Shown here piece by piece: positions 25,301 to 38,904 of a stretch of 64,000 bases of DNA. Under the pieces are notes generated by a model. It saw nothing but the letters and a program-made list of their open reading frames with translations, was not told the origin of the DNA and searched no databases. The position numbers and the translations under genes were made by a program. The stretch spans positions 24,545-88,544 of the forward strand of contig JAQGDQ010000459.1 of the NCBI GenBank assembly GCA_030141605.1, given 5' to 3'. Positions within the stretch are counted from its first letter, which is position 1. Each line of letters begins with the position of its first letter. The DNA is from Tubiluchus corallicola (taxonomy: Eukaryota; Animalia; Priapulida).

Positions 25301-28300
25301 GGTACCTAAGTACTATTTTCTGAGTACTTGTACTTGCCACTTTTAAAAGCAACAAAGTACTTTACAACATTACAAGCATTCATAACATAATTCTTTATAT
25401 AACTACACAAGAATTAGTAAAATTAGTGATTTAACAATTACATTAACAATTACTGAAAAATTATATTTAAATAAAGCAAACTAAGTTTTGATTTTATTGT
25501 TGCCATGGTGATGCATGCAATTGTTGGTGCATCATCTATTTCGCTAGAAGTCAGCAAATATTTAAATCTGTTACGTACACGGGAAGGGAGTGATCCAGGG
25601 ATGTTTTGGGAGGACACCTTCCTCATCGTAAATTACCTTCTATTCAAGCCTCCTCTGCAGGGGTAGAACGAGCTTTGAACATTGCAGGAAAGATATTTAG
25701 AGCCACCGGCTGACAGACACGAATTTTGAAACATTGATGTTCGTTAACATTCCTTCAAATTTAAATTCTTTTAAAAGAAAACTGAAAGTTTGTCTTTTTA
25801 AGCAGATTTTAATGTATAAGTGGTGAATATTTAGCCAATTTTGTTGATTTATAGATAGGTCTAACTGTATTATAGATTTTTTAGTATTTTATGTAAATAT
25901 TTTAAATCTAAATACAGAGAGACGGGAGGTTGCTGGTGACAGGTCAGGCTGGTCTAAAGTGATAGCAAGGGTCATGTCAGAGGACGTCTGAGTCCAGAGA
26001 TGATAATGATTAATGTATTTAATTTTACATGTACAGCGCCTATGAAAAAATTTTCATTGAAAGAGCATTTTATTAATAAATACATATTATATAAGTGTAA
26101 TGACAGAGTAATAAAAGTATAATCTTGAATTAGCAACAAATATGGTATAGTATTTAATAGACTATAAAAGTCATCTGTTAATGAAATGGAACTTGTACAA
26201 TGTACTACACACTTGGCAATGCTACTGAGTGCAAAATTCCAGTTTACAGAATGTATAACTGTACATAAAATTGTCTGCGTTTGTTCGGAATGAAATATTG
26301 TGTTACTCTCACTCCTGTGTAGATAAATCTTACACATGTTTGCAGCTTAAATCTGAGAAGAGAAAGAACCCTGCTGTTGATTTTGCTTTGTGCCACATTT
26401 TCCCACGTGCTGAGAAGCCAGTTGTTTTAAGCTCGCTGCTTGCTTCCCCCGTGAAGCCATTGCTTGCTGTACTCGCCGGCTGGTCTACTGTACCTCTTTC
26501 TGTTCGAGAATGCGGCGTTTGTTTGTAACAGCAATCTTTATTTTGACAACTCCTGGGAGCCCAGATCAAGGGTATATATATTTAGGGGGCTGTTTATGGC
26601 TGTTTCACTCAATCAACTCAGCTGGTGAAAAAGCATTGATAATAATGTTGAATTAGACATGTAGTTAACTTTCTTTTTCTGCATTTTGTCAGATTTTGTT
26701 TCTTATTTCGTCTAAACGAGTTTACCGTCTTGCATGCGTGTTTCTAGTGTATGTCAGTTTGTAATAATATACTGGCTGTTTTTCAAAATACACAATCTCC
26801 ATGTGAAAATGTAGCTTGCACAAATATTAAATTATTGGCGTTTAAGACACAGTTCGGTTCTTAAGTACTCCAATTTTACGATTGTTATGAAAATGTTGCT
26901 ATTTTTATGAACATTTGCAAGGTTATCCCAAAATGGCGGCGTTAGCACTTTGATTTGCAGTCTGTTTTTGATTGGGGTACAACAACGTTATTTTGACAAG
27001 TGTGGTACAGATCATGTTGTATTGGGTGTTGTTGTGTCTAGACTATTTGTGTGAGTGTTTACTGTACAGAGGACACATAATGGTGCTTACATTTTTTTCC
27101 AGCTTTGTAATTATTGGAGGAAAGTTATTTAATGTTCCTATTTGGTAAATTACAACTATATGACTCTCAATACCCGTCTTTACGTGCAAAATTAGTGCCT
27201 GTTTTGATATATTACCTGTTAATTTGAATTTTGATGAAGCAAAGTGCTTCAAAAATGTAAATGGGATTTTTAGAAAAATTTTCGATTTACTTCGATTAAA
27301 TTTATTAATTTTTTGCCTTTTGAGTAAAAAGCACAGAATTTTACTTGAAGTGTTTTGAACGAATCATGCACAATGCAAAACTGGCATTAAGAAGTATAAT
27401 TACGTACATGGCTATTATTGTTATACAGATATAACACAGATGCAGATTTATAATATCATAATTTCACATTAATTACGGTTCACAAAAACTCTACACTTAT
27501 TATTCACTCATGTGCTTTAATTCTTAATAAACAAATATATTCTTCAAAGTTAATTTTACTAAATTAATTTAATGAAATATTTGCAAATTTAGTTTTGAAG
27601 TAAGCTGAAAACATTGCTGACCAGTGTTTATGGTCAAGTGCAGGGTTCCCACAGTCAACGAAAATCTTGGACAATCCGTGGAAAATGCAGGTTCTCCTGG
27701 AAAGTCAGGAAAAATGCTGAAAATGAAGGGAAAAGTCAGGGAAATTGGAAAGGGTTGCAAAAATAATAACCGTGAACCGATATTTTTCCGAACATGTTTT
27801 TCAGCGATTCGTGTTCAAATAAAATTTTCCCATGGCAGGCTCCCAGTTTCAATTTCTGTTCCAAAAATAATGATGGCCGAGACATATCAGTATATGTATA
27901 CACAAAAATGTTTGAATTGGTAATGCAATTTCTGCTTATCTTGGTCATGGAAAATCAATATTTGGTCAGGGAAAAGTCAGGGAAATTTATTTTTGAAATT
28001 CTGTGGGAACCCTGTAAATGATTTTCCGGTGTTTTTCCAAGGAATTCTTAAAACAAAGGTACTGCACATTGATGTGTTAAAGACCAAAAGTCCTTTGTGA
28101 CATTTAATTTTTAGATGCCATATCAGCATTTGGTAGGTTATGGCACTGCAAAGTAGAATTCTTAGCCTTCACAGTTGGTTCAAAGTGGTAATTGCTTGTC
28201 TAATAAACGCATTGCTAAGCTAATATGACCCGTGTGTGGTGGGGATTGGTTTAATATTATAAGGTTACCTGGCAACAGTACTTTATGGTGTCTGGGCAAA

Positions 28301-31300
28301 CTATGAAGTATGTAAACAGTTTCTAGGACAACCTGTAGGTTTTCTGATCCTACCTGCTGATTATTGATTTTTCACTTTAGTTTGTAATGTGCATTGTAAT
28401 AATACCTTGTAAAGCCACAGTAAATATGGGTGTGGAGGATCGTGCTTAAAGGGCTACTCGCTGTGTAAAATTCATCAATAAAAATCATTTAGAGGTTCTT
28501 GTTAACCCTTTTGTCGAGAATTTTGTAACAGTATATTACAGATACTCTACTTTATTGTACTGTTAGAAAAGAACTGATTAATTAACTTAATTAACTCGCT
28601 CATCTGTTTTATCGAATAATTATTGTGTTTGCTAATTAATAAAACAAAGACGAAATTGCTGATGTTAATTTATGTTTTTATTTTTTAATATCTGTGACGG
28701 GCTCCTTCTTTAGTGTAAACATTAGTACATACGTATTAGACCCTGATGGCCAAAATCTGTGTTCATTAGAGACTTAAAACATAAATTAAGATGGACTCAT
28801 GATAGCATTTTTATCTTTATTTTATTAGTACATGTATTTGCAATGACGGATGCCAAACCTGTTACAATTCTGGTGTTTTCAAGTTGCTTTACTGTAAGGT
28901 AGTTTGTAATCAAACTAATTGATTAGATTTATTTGAAAATAAAGCAAGAATGTACTTCAGTACCTTTCGCTTAATATTAAGAACAATTCAATTATGTGGT
29001 TTCTTACGGCGAATTCAGACTAGCGAGTTTTCTGTCGCGAATTTTTTTCTCAGAGCAAACTTGCAAGTGGGAACTGCTTTGCGAGTTACTGTCCGCAAGT
29101 TATTGTAAACACTCCAACAGTTGCTTCGAGTTCAGACTTGGGAGTTTTCTTTCTGACAGCAAACTCGCAACGGCAAGTGTTACAAGTGTTAACTGTTTTG
29201 TGAGTTACTGTCAGCTAGTTATTGTAAACACTCCAAGAGTTGCTTCGAGTTCAGACTTGGAAGTTTTCTTTCTGACAGCAAACTCGCAACGGCAAGTGTT
29301 AACTGTTTTGTGAGTTACTGTCAGCAAGTTATTGTAAACACTCCAAGAGTTGCTGCGAGTTGATTTACTGTCTAGTGTGAACGCTTCGGCAAATTACTCT
29401 CTACATTTCTCGCAGTGAACAGAGAAGTGAGTGTTAGCTCGCGCTTACTGTCAGAGAGTAACTCACAGCAAGTTTTGCTTTCTAGTCTCAACGTGCTTGT
29501 GAGTTACTTGGTGAGAAAACTCTCTAGTCTGAATACGCCGTTAGACAGTAACTTCTCAGTGTAAACTGAGCTTTTCCACACGTAATTACTGAAGCCCAGT
29601 AACACTGATCATTTGTTGCCTTGTAAATAGTGCTTTTGTACTGTCATGCATGGCCTGTCCCAGAAAATCAATGTGTCTAGTTGCTGCTCTACTTGGCTTC
29701 ATCAATAATACACCTTCCACCGGACTTTAGCTTGTACACAGTCTGTTCTAAATTGTCGTCTGCCTGTAATCTTGTGACGTACTTGCTTTGCCAATATTGG
29801 ACGATGCTTGCATTATTTAACCTAATTTCATCATACATGGCCATGTCCTAGGAAATCAATGTGTCTACTACTGCTGCTAAGCTGGTTGGCTTCACCATCA
29901 ATAATATGCTTCCAGTGGGCTTTACCTAGAACCTGTAATTAGGTAATTTACAGCACATGTTTGCAGCTAACAGCAGCCTAACTGTTGAACTAGTGCGTTG
30001 GGAGTCATAACTACAAGTTTGTTGCTGAGTTAACAACTGACTTAAACTTAGTGGTGGTTCGAATTGACTTTGAATCGGTGGTTTTTGCTGGATGGATTTG
30101 ACTTTATACGTAAAAATGGATGGAATTTTGATTATTTAAGCCAGTTTATATTACAGGCACATAAAAACATTGTTAAAAACAACACAACTTTATTAAGAAC
30201 TTACGTTAAAAAGTTAAAAGCTAAAATCGTGCAAAACGCTTCAAAACGTTATATTTGAGCCACAAAGCTGATATTAACAATTTCAGCATTGTGAGCAAAG
30301 CTACAAATAACTGGGACTTATTAATAAAAGAAAGTTTATCTGTGTACCCTAATAAGCCTCTCCTTAATGTACAAAGCAGTTCAATTCATTCAACTTTATT
30401 TTCAAACACTTAGCTATTTGTTACTGTATCATTTCTTCAGGTCTGCTTAATCATTACCTATTTGGCTTCTGTTAATTACTTAATCAGTGCATAATAAGCT
30501 CTGTCTGTATAAACTGATTGTAAGTTTGTAAACTTACCACTAATGATGACATTAAAAAGTTTTTAAATGTAAAGTTGATTATCTAACTTTGATCTTTTCA
30601 ATTTAAAGTGAAAGAACGTTGAAAGTTCTGCTCAGTGTGCTAGTAAGACTAAAACACACATTTTTTATTTTTAAGACTTTTATAAAGAGTTATCTAATTG
30701 CTAGATTTACATATCAGTTTGCATTTCATAAACGCATTTTGTGCAGATCATTTGGAACAGAATGATACTACTAGTCAGTACCGGTTTAGTCCTGTTCTAT
30801 CTGCTCTTGTTGTCTGTATGATTCATACACGTATTTCATGATATCTAATATTTGTAGACAGACTAAGACAACTATTACAAAGATATCTTCATGTCTCATC
30901 GACTTCGCCTCATCATTTCCGTGTTTATCGTCCAGGAATGGAGAGGCCTGTAGTTGTTTGTCAAACCTTGATGTTTGATTTTTCTGTTCAATCTCTTATT
31001 GACCATACAAACATGCGGCTATGCTTTGCCATCATTTATGTAGGTGTTAACTGCTTAAATATTTGCACCTTTTTGAAGGTATGTAGATAGTGATCTCGTG
31101 GGCAGACATTATGATAAATCAGGGAAGTTTTATTTCAATTCATAAAGCAAAAATAATAATGTTGAATAAGTTGTTTAAAACTAGTTTCCTCAGTCCGTTT
31201 CTTCAGTTTACGCGTTCAATGCTTAAAACAGTTTTCAGCTTTGTTTTCACTCCTCATGTATGCTTATTTTTATATTCGTTGTTATTTATTGTGAATTTAT

Positions 31301-34300
31301 ATGCTTATCCACTACTGATGGTTTTTGTTTTGTTTCTCAATCTTTTTTGCTTATATTTGTTTTGTTTCTTTCTTTTATTGTTTGCATGTTGCTTTGCCAC
31401 TTAAAACTAGTTTGATTCATTTTTTTGTTGTCATTTTTCAGTTTGACAGGATTGTTCTTTGTTTCATCCCAGCTTAAATCGTCACTAGATATTCTTGTAA
31501 TAACTTTAACTAAAAGGATGGCTGATTTGCTAACCTCTAGGGACTTTTGCCACCCTCTCTCTAATTCCAATAATTTATTTTTGCTATGTAATTGATTTTT
31601 GCATGTATTACAAAAGAGAAGTAAAATTATCTATCTATCCATCTATCTAGTTTCAGTATTTTTCAAGATCAGTTATGGATTGTCTAGGTCAGCTCACCCT
31701 CCCAATTTTTAGCCACATTTTTAGTAACAGCCAATTTTTTAGCCAGGGTTTGTGTTATATAAGAAACAGTGCAGTGAAAATAGGTTAGGGTACAGAGTAG
31801 GTTAGAGTATGGAGTATTCGTTCACCAAGATTTAGTCACTTCAAGGACAATTTTGACTAAATGTTGTGTATAAGGCGAACCAGTCCTGATTGAAATAAAA
31901 TTTACAAATGAGTGGTCACTTTTAACTAAACTGCCCATTTTAGTTGTTAGCAGTTGTAGTATGTTTTGATTGGTTACTACTGACCGCACAATTACATAAA
32001 TGTGAAAGCATGTTGACGCAATTACATTTTTTTATATTCCATAATTTTGACAAACGGGCTTCTGATATGCAAAAGTCAAAATATAATCATTAATCTCTGA
32101 GCTGCACTATTAGTCTCATTCTGACTCTGTATTTTCTTCCTCATCAGTGCATTGGTAATTGTGATTTGAGCTGTTGCGTTAAGTTCTTTTGCATTGATTA
32201 TTATTGAAATTGCTATGTTGTGTTTTAATAAGTGGAATAGTTCGAGTTTTGAAAGCTGCTAACAACAAATTAGATCTTTCAGTTTTCTGGGGCTGGTTAT
32301 TGGCCATCTGATATTTTATGTACCATTTTTACTTGCATTTGTGTAGCTGTTTACAATATTACAATAATAGAATGTTCACTTGTTTTTGTGTAATTCACCT
32401 GTTGCGTAATGTCTGTTTTTCAGTTGTGGATTTGATATACTGGCGGAACCCGAAGAAGAGTGCAGTTTGCTTCGGCTCAAGCTTTTTAACCTTGCTGGTC
32501 TTCAAATTTTTTCCATTTTTCCTGGTTCTGACATACGTTGCCGTAGCTGTCCTAACCGTTACCGTCTCATACTATGTGTACAAGAAAACTCTGCAAGCCG
32601 TACAGAAAACCGACGACGGTCATCCTTTCAAGTAAGTTCGTTTAAAGTTTGGAAATGTTTAGTTTGCAGTGTGGCATTTCCATTTCTGTTTGGAGAGGAA
32701 CCAGCCAAACTGAATGTTTGTAGATCTTTATGACAGTAGTCTTCCTTATTATTTTAGTTATTTCCCAAACCAGCTATCCCGTACTTGATGGTAGGTGCCT
32801 AAGTGGTACTTTTGCCTGTTGCATTGCCTTCCATGTCACACATTGAGTATAGATCCGATCCTAACGAGGTTATTATACACCACTGTTCATTTAAAGACAG
32901 TGAAATGAGTGTTCAATAATTTTTGTTCATATCTATATAACCATAAGATATCAGGAGTTTTCAAGTTGTTACCATTATAGTTTTTGAACTATGCCGAAAG
33001 CCGCGCAACGATACCTCAGTTTCAGAATTTTGTAAGCTTTAATCTTAGAAAAGCAGAAAGGAAACAGTTTGTTTATTCCAAAAAGAACAAAACAAAATAC
33101 GGACAGCTTATGCTTTGCCACCAGGGAAGTTACCGAAACAGAATTTCCGTTTCAGTTTGCCGATTATTGCACTCTCGGTTAAGTTTCGGTTTTGACAAAA
33201 TTTATTAAATTTCGTAGGAGAAATTTCGGATAATTTTCGGTAATAATTTTCCGTGGTTTTACTAGTATTTATTCAATTTACTTTTTCTTTTCTCCTAGAT
33301 GTCAAAAACAGCTGAAAAATCCAAGCTAAAATAGTTCAAATAAAGCAAAAATTCGTTTACATAACAGTTTTTATGACGTGCTTTTACCGGCAATGCGGCA
33401 TATTTTCAGTGCTGATGACTGTAGAGCTTTACGGTCTCCAGGCCCAATTAAATGAAATATCGAAACGTTTGAATTTATTTGAGCAAAATCGTGTTTAATT
33501 TTATAATTTGTAAAATATAGGCAAACAAAATATTTACAGAATAAAATTTGTTTGTTTTTTAATGAAGCACTATGATCTTTAAACATTAATCATGAAGGAT
33601 ATTTAAATCTGAAAACATTATAACACATTTTCTAAGGTAAGTCAGTCCATCAAACTTGAGGTTCTATACTATATAACTTTCTTGTGTTTTGTATTAAAAT
33701 TTTTTTCAGTAATCTTGCATCACGTTAAACAAAAGCAAACAAACAAAAACAGAATATTTTACTTATTTTAGAAACTTTTCTAGTTTGGTTTGCAAAAATG
33801 TTTCTGTATCGGTTCCCATAAATTTCGCTTTCGGTTTGTAAATTCAGTTCCGGTAACATCCCTTTTTGCCAGTTCACTTTAATGTACGTAATTAGATATA
33901 TATTGCTTTGATTATGTAAACTGTTTACATTATTACATTTTTTTCTAGAGAACATTTTGACAAAGACGTTCATATTTCAACTGATAAGGTTAGGCACTGG
34001 GCTGATGTTGCTGTATCACATATTAACCCCATCTTAACAGACTTACGACGAATCTTCCTCGTTGAGCAGTTTGCCGATACTGTTAAGGTATTTGTTGTTT
34101 TAAACTTAATTATATACGAAATTTAATTTGGAGTATTTACTAGTTAACTTCTTCTGGACCGCACTGTTATAAGGTCTTATCAGATCTATGACTTTTCTGT
34201 TGCTGTATTAGTACAGACATAACTAAATGATTACAAGTTAGATACTGTTCTGTTCAAGAGAATCTCGGTTCTCCAATCATCCTATTTGTTTAAGCATTTA

Positions 34301-37300
34301 TAAGCAATTTAATTAGATAAAATTAAGAAAAACCCGCCCTCTTTTGGGGCTCTCCAACTTAGCATATTGAGTAGTTTAGTCTGGTGTACACTTGTGTGAT
34401 CGTACACACTATTTTATTGATCGCCTGCTTGCTACAGCCCGAGCTGTACAGTGTTCTGCTGCTATTCCAGGAAAAACCAACCAATCAACCAACGACAAAT
34501 TAAAGTTGTTTCATCTTTTGACAGGAATTACTCCTTAAAGTCAGAGTAGACTTGAGACCAAAGTTGTGTTGTGTTGTGTCTGAACAGTTAAAATTTTCTG
34601 CATTAGCGAATTTCACACAAGTGATACTGTACATTGTTACAGTGCAAACACTGCAGTTACTGAAAGCTTTTTTTGAATTTTTTAGTCTAAAATCAATTTT
34701 TAATTTGTCTAGGGTAAAAGCAAGCACACGTCATATATAATTTTGCAGGAAAATCCATTGTGTGAGGAGTAGAAACCTACAAAAATTGTCAAATGTAACT
34801 TAATCGTTGCTTAGGGAGAGCAGTTTTTCATGAACCAGTGCAAAATGCAACAATCGCTTACTGTCCTGAAGGAGTTAAAGACATCTCAATTAGAAACAAA
34901 AATTCGCATAGTCAAATCACACTTCGATTCTTGGTATTTTTCTAATTAGAGCATAACTTCACTAATGTAAACCTGCAAACTGTATAGTCTAATGAACTTT
35001 GATGGCTGCTACCTTTCACCTGTATCTTTTCTTATATTTTCAGTTTGCCGTTTTCTTGTGGCTTATGACGTACATTGCTCATTGGTTGGATGCTTCTACT
35101 CTTCTAATCTTGGGTGCGTATTTAATGTTTTTTCAGGTAAAAACGTCTAGCCATGCCGATTGGGCACCGATAGTAGCTGATTTTTCAATTTAAAGTCGAA
35201 GAAATTTGAATTTTAAAGCACATCCTTAAAAACTTTCTGTTCAAAGTTGTATTACTTAACATTACGCTTATTTGCTTGTAAGATTGAATTTTAAGCATAA
35301 CTAGCAAAAAAAAATTTCTTAGTAATTTAAAGTGTTTGCTTCAATTGATAAAATAGGTCACTAACTCACCTTCCCAGTGTGCACCACTGGCTCACCAAAA
35401 ACACAGTATTGATTTTATTGAGAAGATACCGTAATTTATGCTTTTCCTTAATTAGCAAAGTTTGTGCTATGACTATTTTTTCAATCTTTATGCAATATTT
35501 CTAAACCTGTTCAAAATGACTTATTGTTAGAATGGCTGCACCTAGTGGTCATCGCGGGAATTTAAACTTACAGGTTTCATATAGTGTTACTGTTAATGTA
35601 GCTCTGTGTGCAGTAAGACAGTATGTGAGAGTGATTTTCAGATAAATTTTTTAGCTTTATCTAAATAAAATGTTTTCTTGTCTTGTAATCATGAAGCTGC
35701 ATTGTCATTCTTATTAATATTTCTATGGTTATTGGTGTTTGTAAACTTGAGTTTGTGCTGTCGCTCAAAATTCACACCTAGAAATTTTACATCATCTGCG
35801 TGATATACAGGTATAAGCTTTTCTGTAACAACTGAAGTTTGAAAATTTCAACTCGTGAGTTCTGTTTATACATTCACATTGTGTAAACGATATCAGAAAA
35901 ACTAATAGGACTCAGATCAATTCATTACTAAACATTAATTACATTGCTAATGATTACTTCATGAATAAAATTAATAATTATTGCTTTTCGGACCTAGCTG
36001 GTGCATTCTGGGATTGTGGGGATTTTTAGGCGTGTGTGCTAAGCAAGAGTGTTACTAGCCATGACTGTTTTGACATACATAAAAATTCACTGATCTCTCT
36101 TTTAAGTTACATTAAAACCTACTTGGCATTGTGTATTGGCACATATAACTAGTACTGATAATCAACTAATATAATTAACTACTTAATCAATGATACTTGT
36201 TGTTTGTTTCAGCATTTATTGCACTTTTCACTATTCCTAAAATCTACGAAACTCACAAAGAGAAGATAGACATGTATATGGAGAAAGCCGAGGCGCAAGC
36301 CAAGGACGTTGTAAAAAAGTAAGTTTTTCATTACCTTTTACATGATTCTAATTCTCGTGATGATTAGTATCAAGCTTAACTCCTTCAGAACCGTAAGTGT
36401 TTGCTGCATGGGTTCATGAGCATAAAAGCTGCTCTCATTAAACAGGGATTACATTATATTTAATCATTTTTGGAAGTTTCTACTCCTCGCACAATGGATT
36501 TTCATGCAAAATTACATGAGAGTTCCATTTGCTTACCTTAGGCAAATTAGAAATCGATTTTTGACAAATTTAATGAAAAAAATTTCAGTAACTGCAGTGT
36601 TTGCCCTTTAACAATGTACAGTATCACTTGTGTGAAATCAGCCAATCCAGAAAATTTCAACTATCCAGACACAACGCTCTGATACACTTTGGCCTCAAGT
36701 CTACTCTATTTTTAAGGAGAAATTCCTGTTACAAGATGAAACAACGTTAATTCGTCCTTGGCTGATCTGTTGCTTGTTCCTGGAACTCAGCACAACAGAC
36801 AGTTATCTTGAGCTGTTGTAAGCAGGCAGTCAATAAATTGGTGTGTACGATCACGCAAGTGTACACCAGACTAAGCTACTCAATAGGCTAAGTTGGAGTG
36901 CCTGAAAATGCTGTGTCTTCCTTAATGTTATCCAATTAAATCACTTTTAAATGTTTAAACAAATGGCATGATTGGATTTCTGAAATTGTCTTGAATAGAA
37001 CAGCACCTAATTTGTAATCATTAGCAGTAGCAGAAACGTCATAGATCTTATAAGACCTATTTTGAATGGTGCGGTGCTGATGGAGTTAATTATAGTGACT
37101 TAAAACGATGAAGAAAATTACAAAATTATTCTGATGTCCAGCATCAGAAGAAGATTAAGTTGCCTTACCTTATGCCATATCTTTCCTTACATTATGCCAT
37201 ATCTTTCCTTACATTATGCCATATCTTTCCTTACATTATGCCATATCTTTCCTTACATTATGCCATATCTTTCCTTACACACATTTGAATACTGTAATTG

Positions 37301-38904
37301 TACTACAGGTGTGTATATTCAGAGAGAGATGATTTTTCAGACATTATTCGACTGAAATGCCTAGGGAAGCTTTACTTTCGTAAGAAATGAATATAGTTAA
37401 AATTACATCATTTTACTGTATCTAATCAAAGTATGGGTAGGGTTTTGTTTTTTCGAAATGTTAGGAGTTCGTAGTAATCGTGCACGGAATCTCTAAAACC
37501 GGAAGCTCAGATACAGTGTGATTCATTATTTTCTCAACCCACCTCTTTACGTTGGAGAGAGACGACGAGATAATGATCGAAAAGTTAATCTTTTCTGAAA
37601 ATGAAATAATGTTCCAGCTAGGAAAAGCAATATGGCTTCCTGAGCAGTCATACGTTAATTACAGAAAACCGGCAAAGGAAATGAAATTGCATAGTGTGTG
37701 GGTTAAATCCTTTGCTATGAAAAAGTTTTTGTAATGATGCGATGAAGCCACATCTATTTAATTTTTGAAACCACCCTTTGACCGAAACACAGACAGAAGG
37801 TGTGAAAAAGATGGTACTGAGTTTTTATTTGAACCAAGAACGTTTGGTTTGCAAGTTCAGTGCTATGACCATTAGGCCACTTAAGCTCCTTGTAATCAAG
37901 GAAAGCCATATTCAAAATTTGTGATTCATCCACCGTTAAGTGTTAAATTACTAATACTTAAGTAATTACCAAATATATATTTTTTTTAATTATATAGCAC
38001 CTAGTATAATCTGTTGGTACATGTAATAGATTAATTATTTATGTTAAAATTACGATATTAATTAATTATTATACGTGAATTATGTTAGGCAGTAAAAAAT
38101 TAGGCTAACTAATTAGTAGTTAATCCACTGTGAGTTAAGCAACATTTGGAAATATAATTAGTTGGGAAGCTGTTAGGATTGAATAAGTGCTTACATTGAC
38201 CACAAGGAGCTTTTTATTTTAGTAGTCATGGCATTGGATTTGTGATTTGAAGGTCCGTGGTTCAAATTCAAGCGCAGTCTCAACTTTCACGGTTCCTCTT
38301 TCTGGTCAAGTTCGGTTTAAAAACTTGAGAGAATTAAGCCTCTAGTTTATTCCTTTATTTATTCATAATAAGATTATAAATGAAAGTGAACATAATAAGT
38401 CTAGTTTTCATTCAAAATTCTGTACCCGGTTTCATAAAGCCATTACTATAATAAGAATAATTTTGTTTAGGAGAAGTTACTGGTTAAGTAACTCAATACT
38501 TATTTCTAATTTTGTCCTGATTATTACCTGCATGTTACTTTGATGAACCCGCGTGCTTGGCCGAAGAACCAGCGGTACCTTTTTTGAGTTTTTGGTATGA
38601 CTCGGTTAGGAATTGAACCCACGACCTCCGGGTGCAAAACAAGCATGCCTCCAGTAAGCTACGTCACTCAATTAAAGACGTTGTTTAATGATTGTAATAA
38701 AGACATTGTTAATTGAGTGACGACTTTGTGAAACCGTCCTCGGTTACCACAATTCAAAATGACTTTGTGAAACCGTCCTCGGTTACCACACTTCAGAATG
38801 ACTACGAAAAAGTTTCATCCTGTTTCATTTACTAGATTCATTTTTGCACTTATTTCAGAGTGAAAGAGAAGCTGCCTATTGGCAAGAAAGAGAAGACGAA
38901 CTAG
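17253..38904 (+). CDS. RTN: Reticulon (RTN1/3/4-like), long isoform
   Basis: Exons 17253-19392, 22479-22577, 32424-32631, 33949-34087, 35044-35113, 36213-36318, 38859-38904 join in phase. RHD: LDPRFVDLIYWRNPKKS...QAVQKTDDGHPFK...LRRIFLVE...FAVFLWLMTYI...LFTIPKIYE; C-terminus KKEKTN (KxKxx ER retrieval). Confidence 0.92.
19895..20025 (-). mobile_element. 5S rRNA-like (SINE3-type) fragment; similar piece at about 49180-49230
   Basis: Reverse complement reads AAGTTAAGC...GTTAGTA..AGATGGGTGAC, resembling the 5S A/IE/C boxes. Confidence 0.4.
20038..20409. mobile_element. hAT-type MITE family A, copy 3 (reverse orientation)
   Basis: Same TIRs; perfect 8-bp TSD GTAACCAT. Confidence 0.9.
21075..21111 (+). 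CDS. RTN: Probable alternative first coding exon of a short reticulon isoform (MEDTIDNGMSNE)
   Basis: gaaATGG context, 12 codons + 1 nt, consensus donor AAG|GTAAGT in phase 1, CpG-rich upstream region. Confidence 0.7.
22479..22577 (+). CDS. RTN: Reticulon 99-bp exon preceding the RHD
   Basis: tttcag|(V)TDAVEAIGEAISSSTTSKEKCCWYNTDNLDPR|gtaagt, phase 1/1. Confidence 0.85.
22567..23192. repeat. 48-bp minisatellite, about 13 copies, starting at the exon/intron junction
   Basis: Unit GATCCTC(G/A)TAAGTTTGACTGACTTTCATTTGTGGGTGGTGCCCAGTTC. Confidence 0.95.
25538..25750 (+). pseudogene. hAT transposase C-terminal dimerisation-domain remnant
   Basis: With frameshifts: EVSKYL...DPGMFW...SIQASSAGVERALNIAGKIF...RLTDTNFETLMFVN. 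Confidence 0.7.
27641..28014. mobile_element. Non-autonomous DNA transposon (MITE)
   Basis: TIR CAGGGTTCCCACAG ... CTGTGGGAACCCTG; internal GGAAAAGTCAGG repeats. Confidence 0.8.
29007..29540. mobile_element. PIF/Harbinger-like MITE with internal about 120-bp tandem duplications
   Basis: TIR CGGCG(A/T)ATTCAGACTAG(C/A)GAGTTTTCT, 3-bp TSD TTA. Confidence 0.8.
32424..32631 (+). CDS. RTN: Reticulon RHD exon (208 bp)
   Basis: VDLIYWRNPKKSAVCFG...QAVQKTDDGHPFK|gtaagt. Confidence 0.95.
33122..33864. mobile_element. hAT-type MITE
   Basis: TIR CAGGGAAGTTACCG ... CGGTAACATCCCT; 8-bp TSD TTTGCCAC/TTTGCCAG. Confidence 0.65.
33949..34087 (+). CDS. RTN: Reticulon RHD loop exon (139 bp)
   Basis: EHFDKDVHISTDKVRHWADVAVSHINPILTDLRRIFLVEQFADTVK|gtattt. 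Confidence 0.93.
34144..34878. mobile_element. piggyBac-like MITE family B, copy 2 (reverse)
   Basis: TTAA-CTTCTTCTGGACCG ... TGTCCTGAAGGAG-TTAA. Confidence 0.8.
35044..35113 (+). CDS. RTN: Reticulon RHD exon (70 bp)
   Basis: FAVFLWLMTYIAHWLDASTLLIL|gtgcgt. Confidence 0.92.
36213..36318 (+). CDS. RTN: Reticulon RHD exon (106 bp)
   Basis: AFIALFTIPKIYETHKEKIDMYMEKAEAQAKDVVK|gtaagt. Confidence 0.93.
36376..37089. mobile_element. piggyBac-like MITE family B, copy 3
   Basis: TTAA-CTCCTTCAGAACCG ... CGGTGCTGATGGAG-TTAA. Confidence 0.85.
37165..37280. repeat. 22-bp tandem repeat, about 5 copies
   Basis: TATGCCATATCTTTCCTTACAT. Confidence 0.9.
38550..38655 (-). mobile_element. tRNA-derived SINE fragment
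   Basis: Reverse complement GGTCGTGGGTTCAATTCC (B box) followed by GAGTCATACCAAAAACTCAAAAAAGGTACC. Confidence 0.55.
38859..38904 (+). CDS. RTN: Reticulon last coding exon
   Basis: tttcag|(K)VKEKLPIGKKEKTN*; AATAAA downstream at about 38983, 39544, 39864, 40142 and 40252. Confidence 0.9.

Noticed and set aside
26271-26575. GC-richer segment that might be another reticulon alternative exon
   Set aside because: No ATG/donor combination I tried gives the required phase 1; unsupported without RNA data.
30890-31080. Possible further reticulon first exon
   Set aside because: The strong donor at 31079 is phase 0 for the open ATG frame, and the peptide is unrecognisable.
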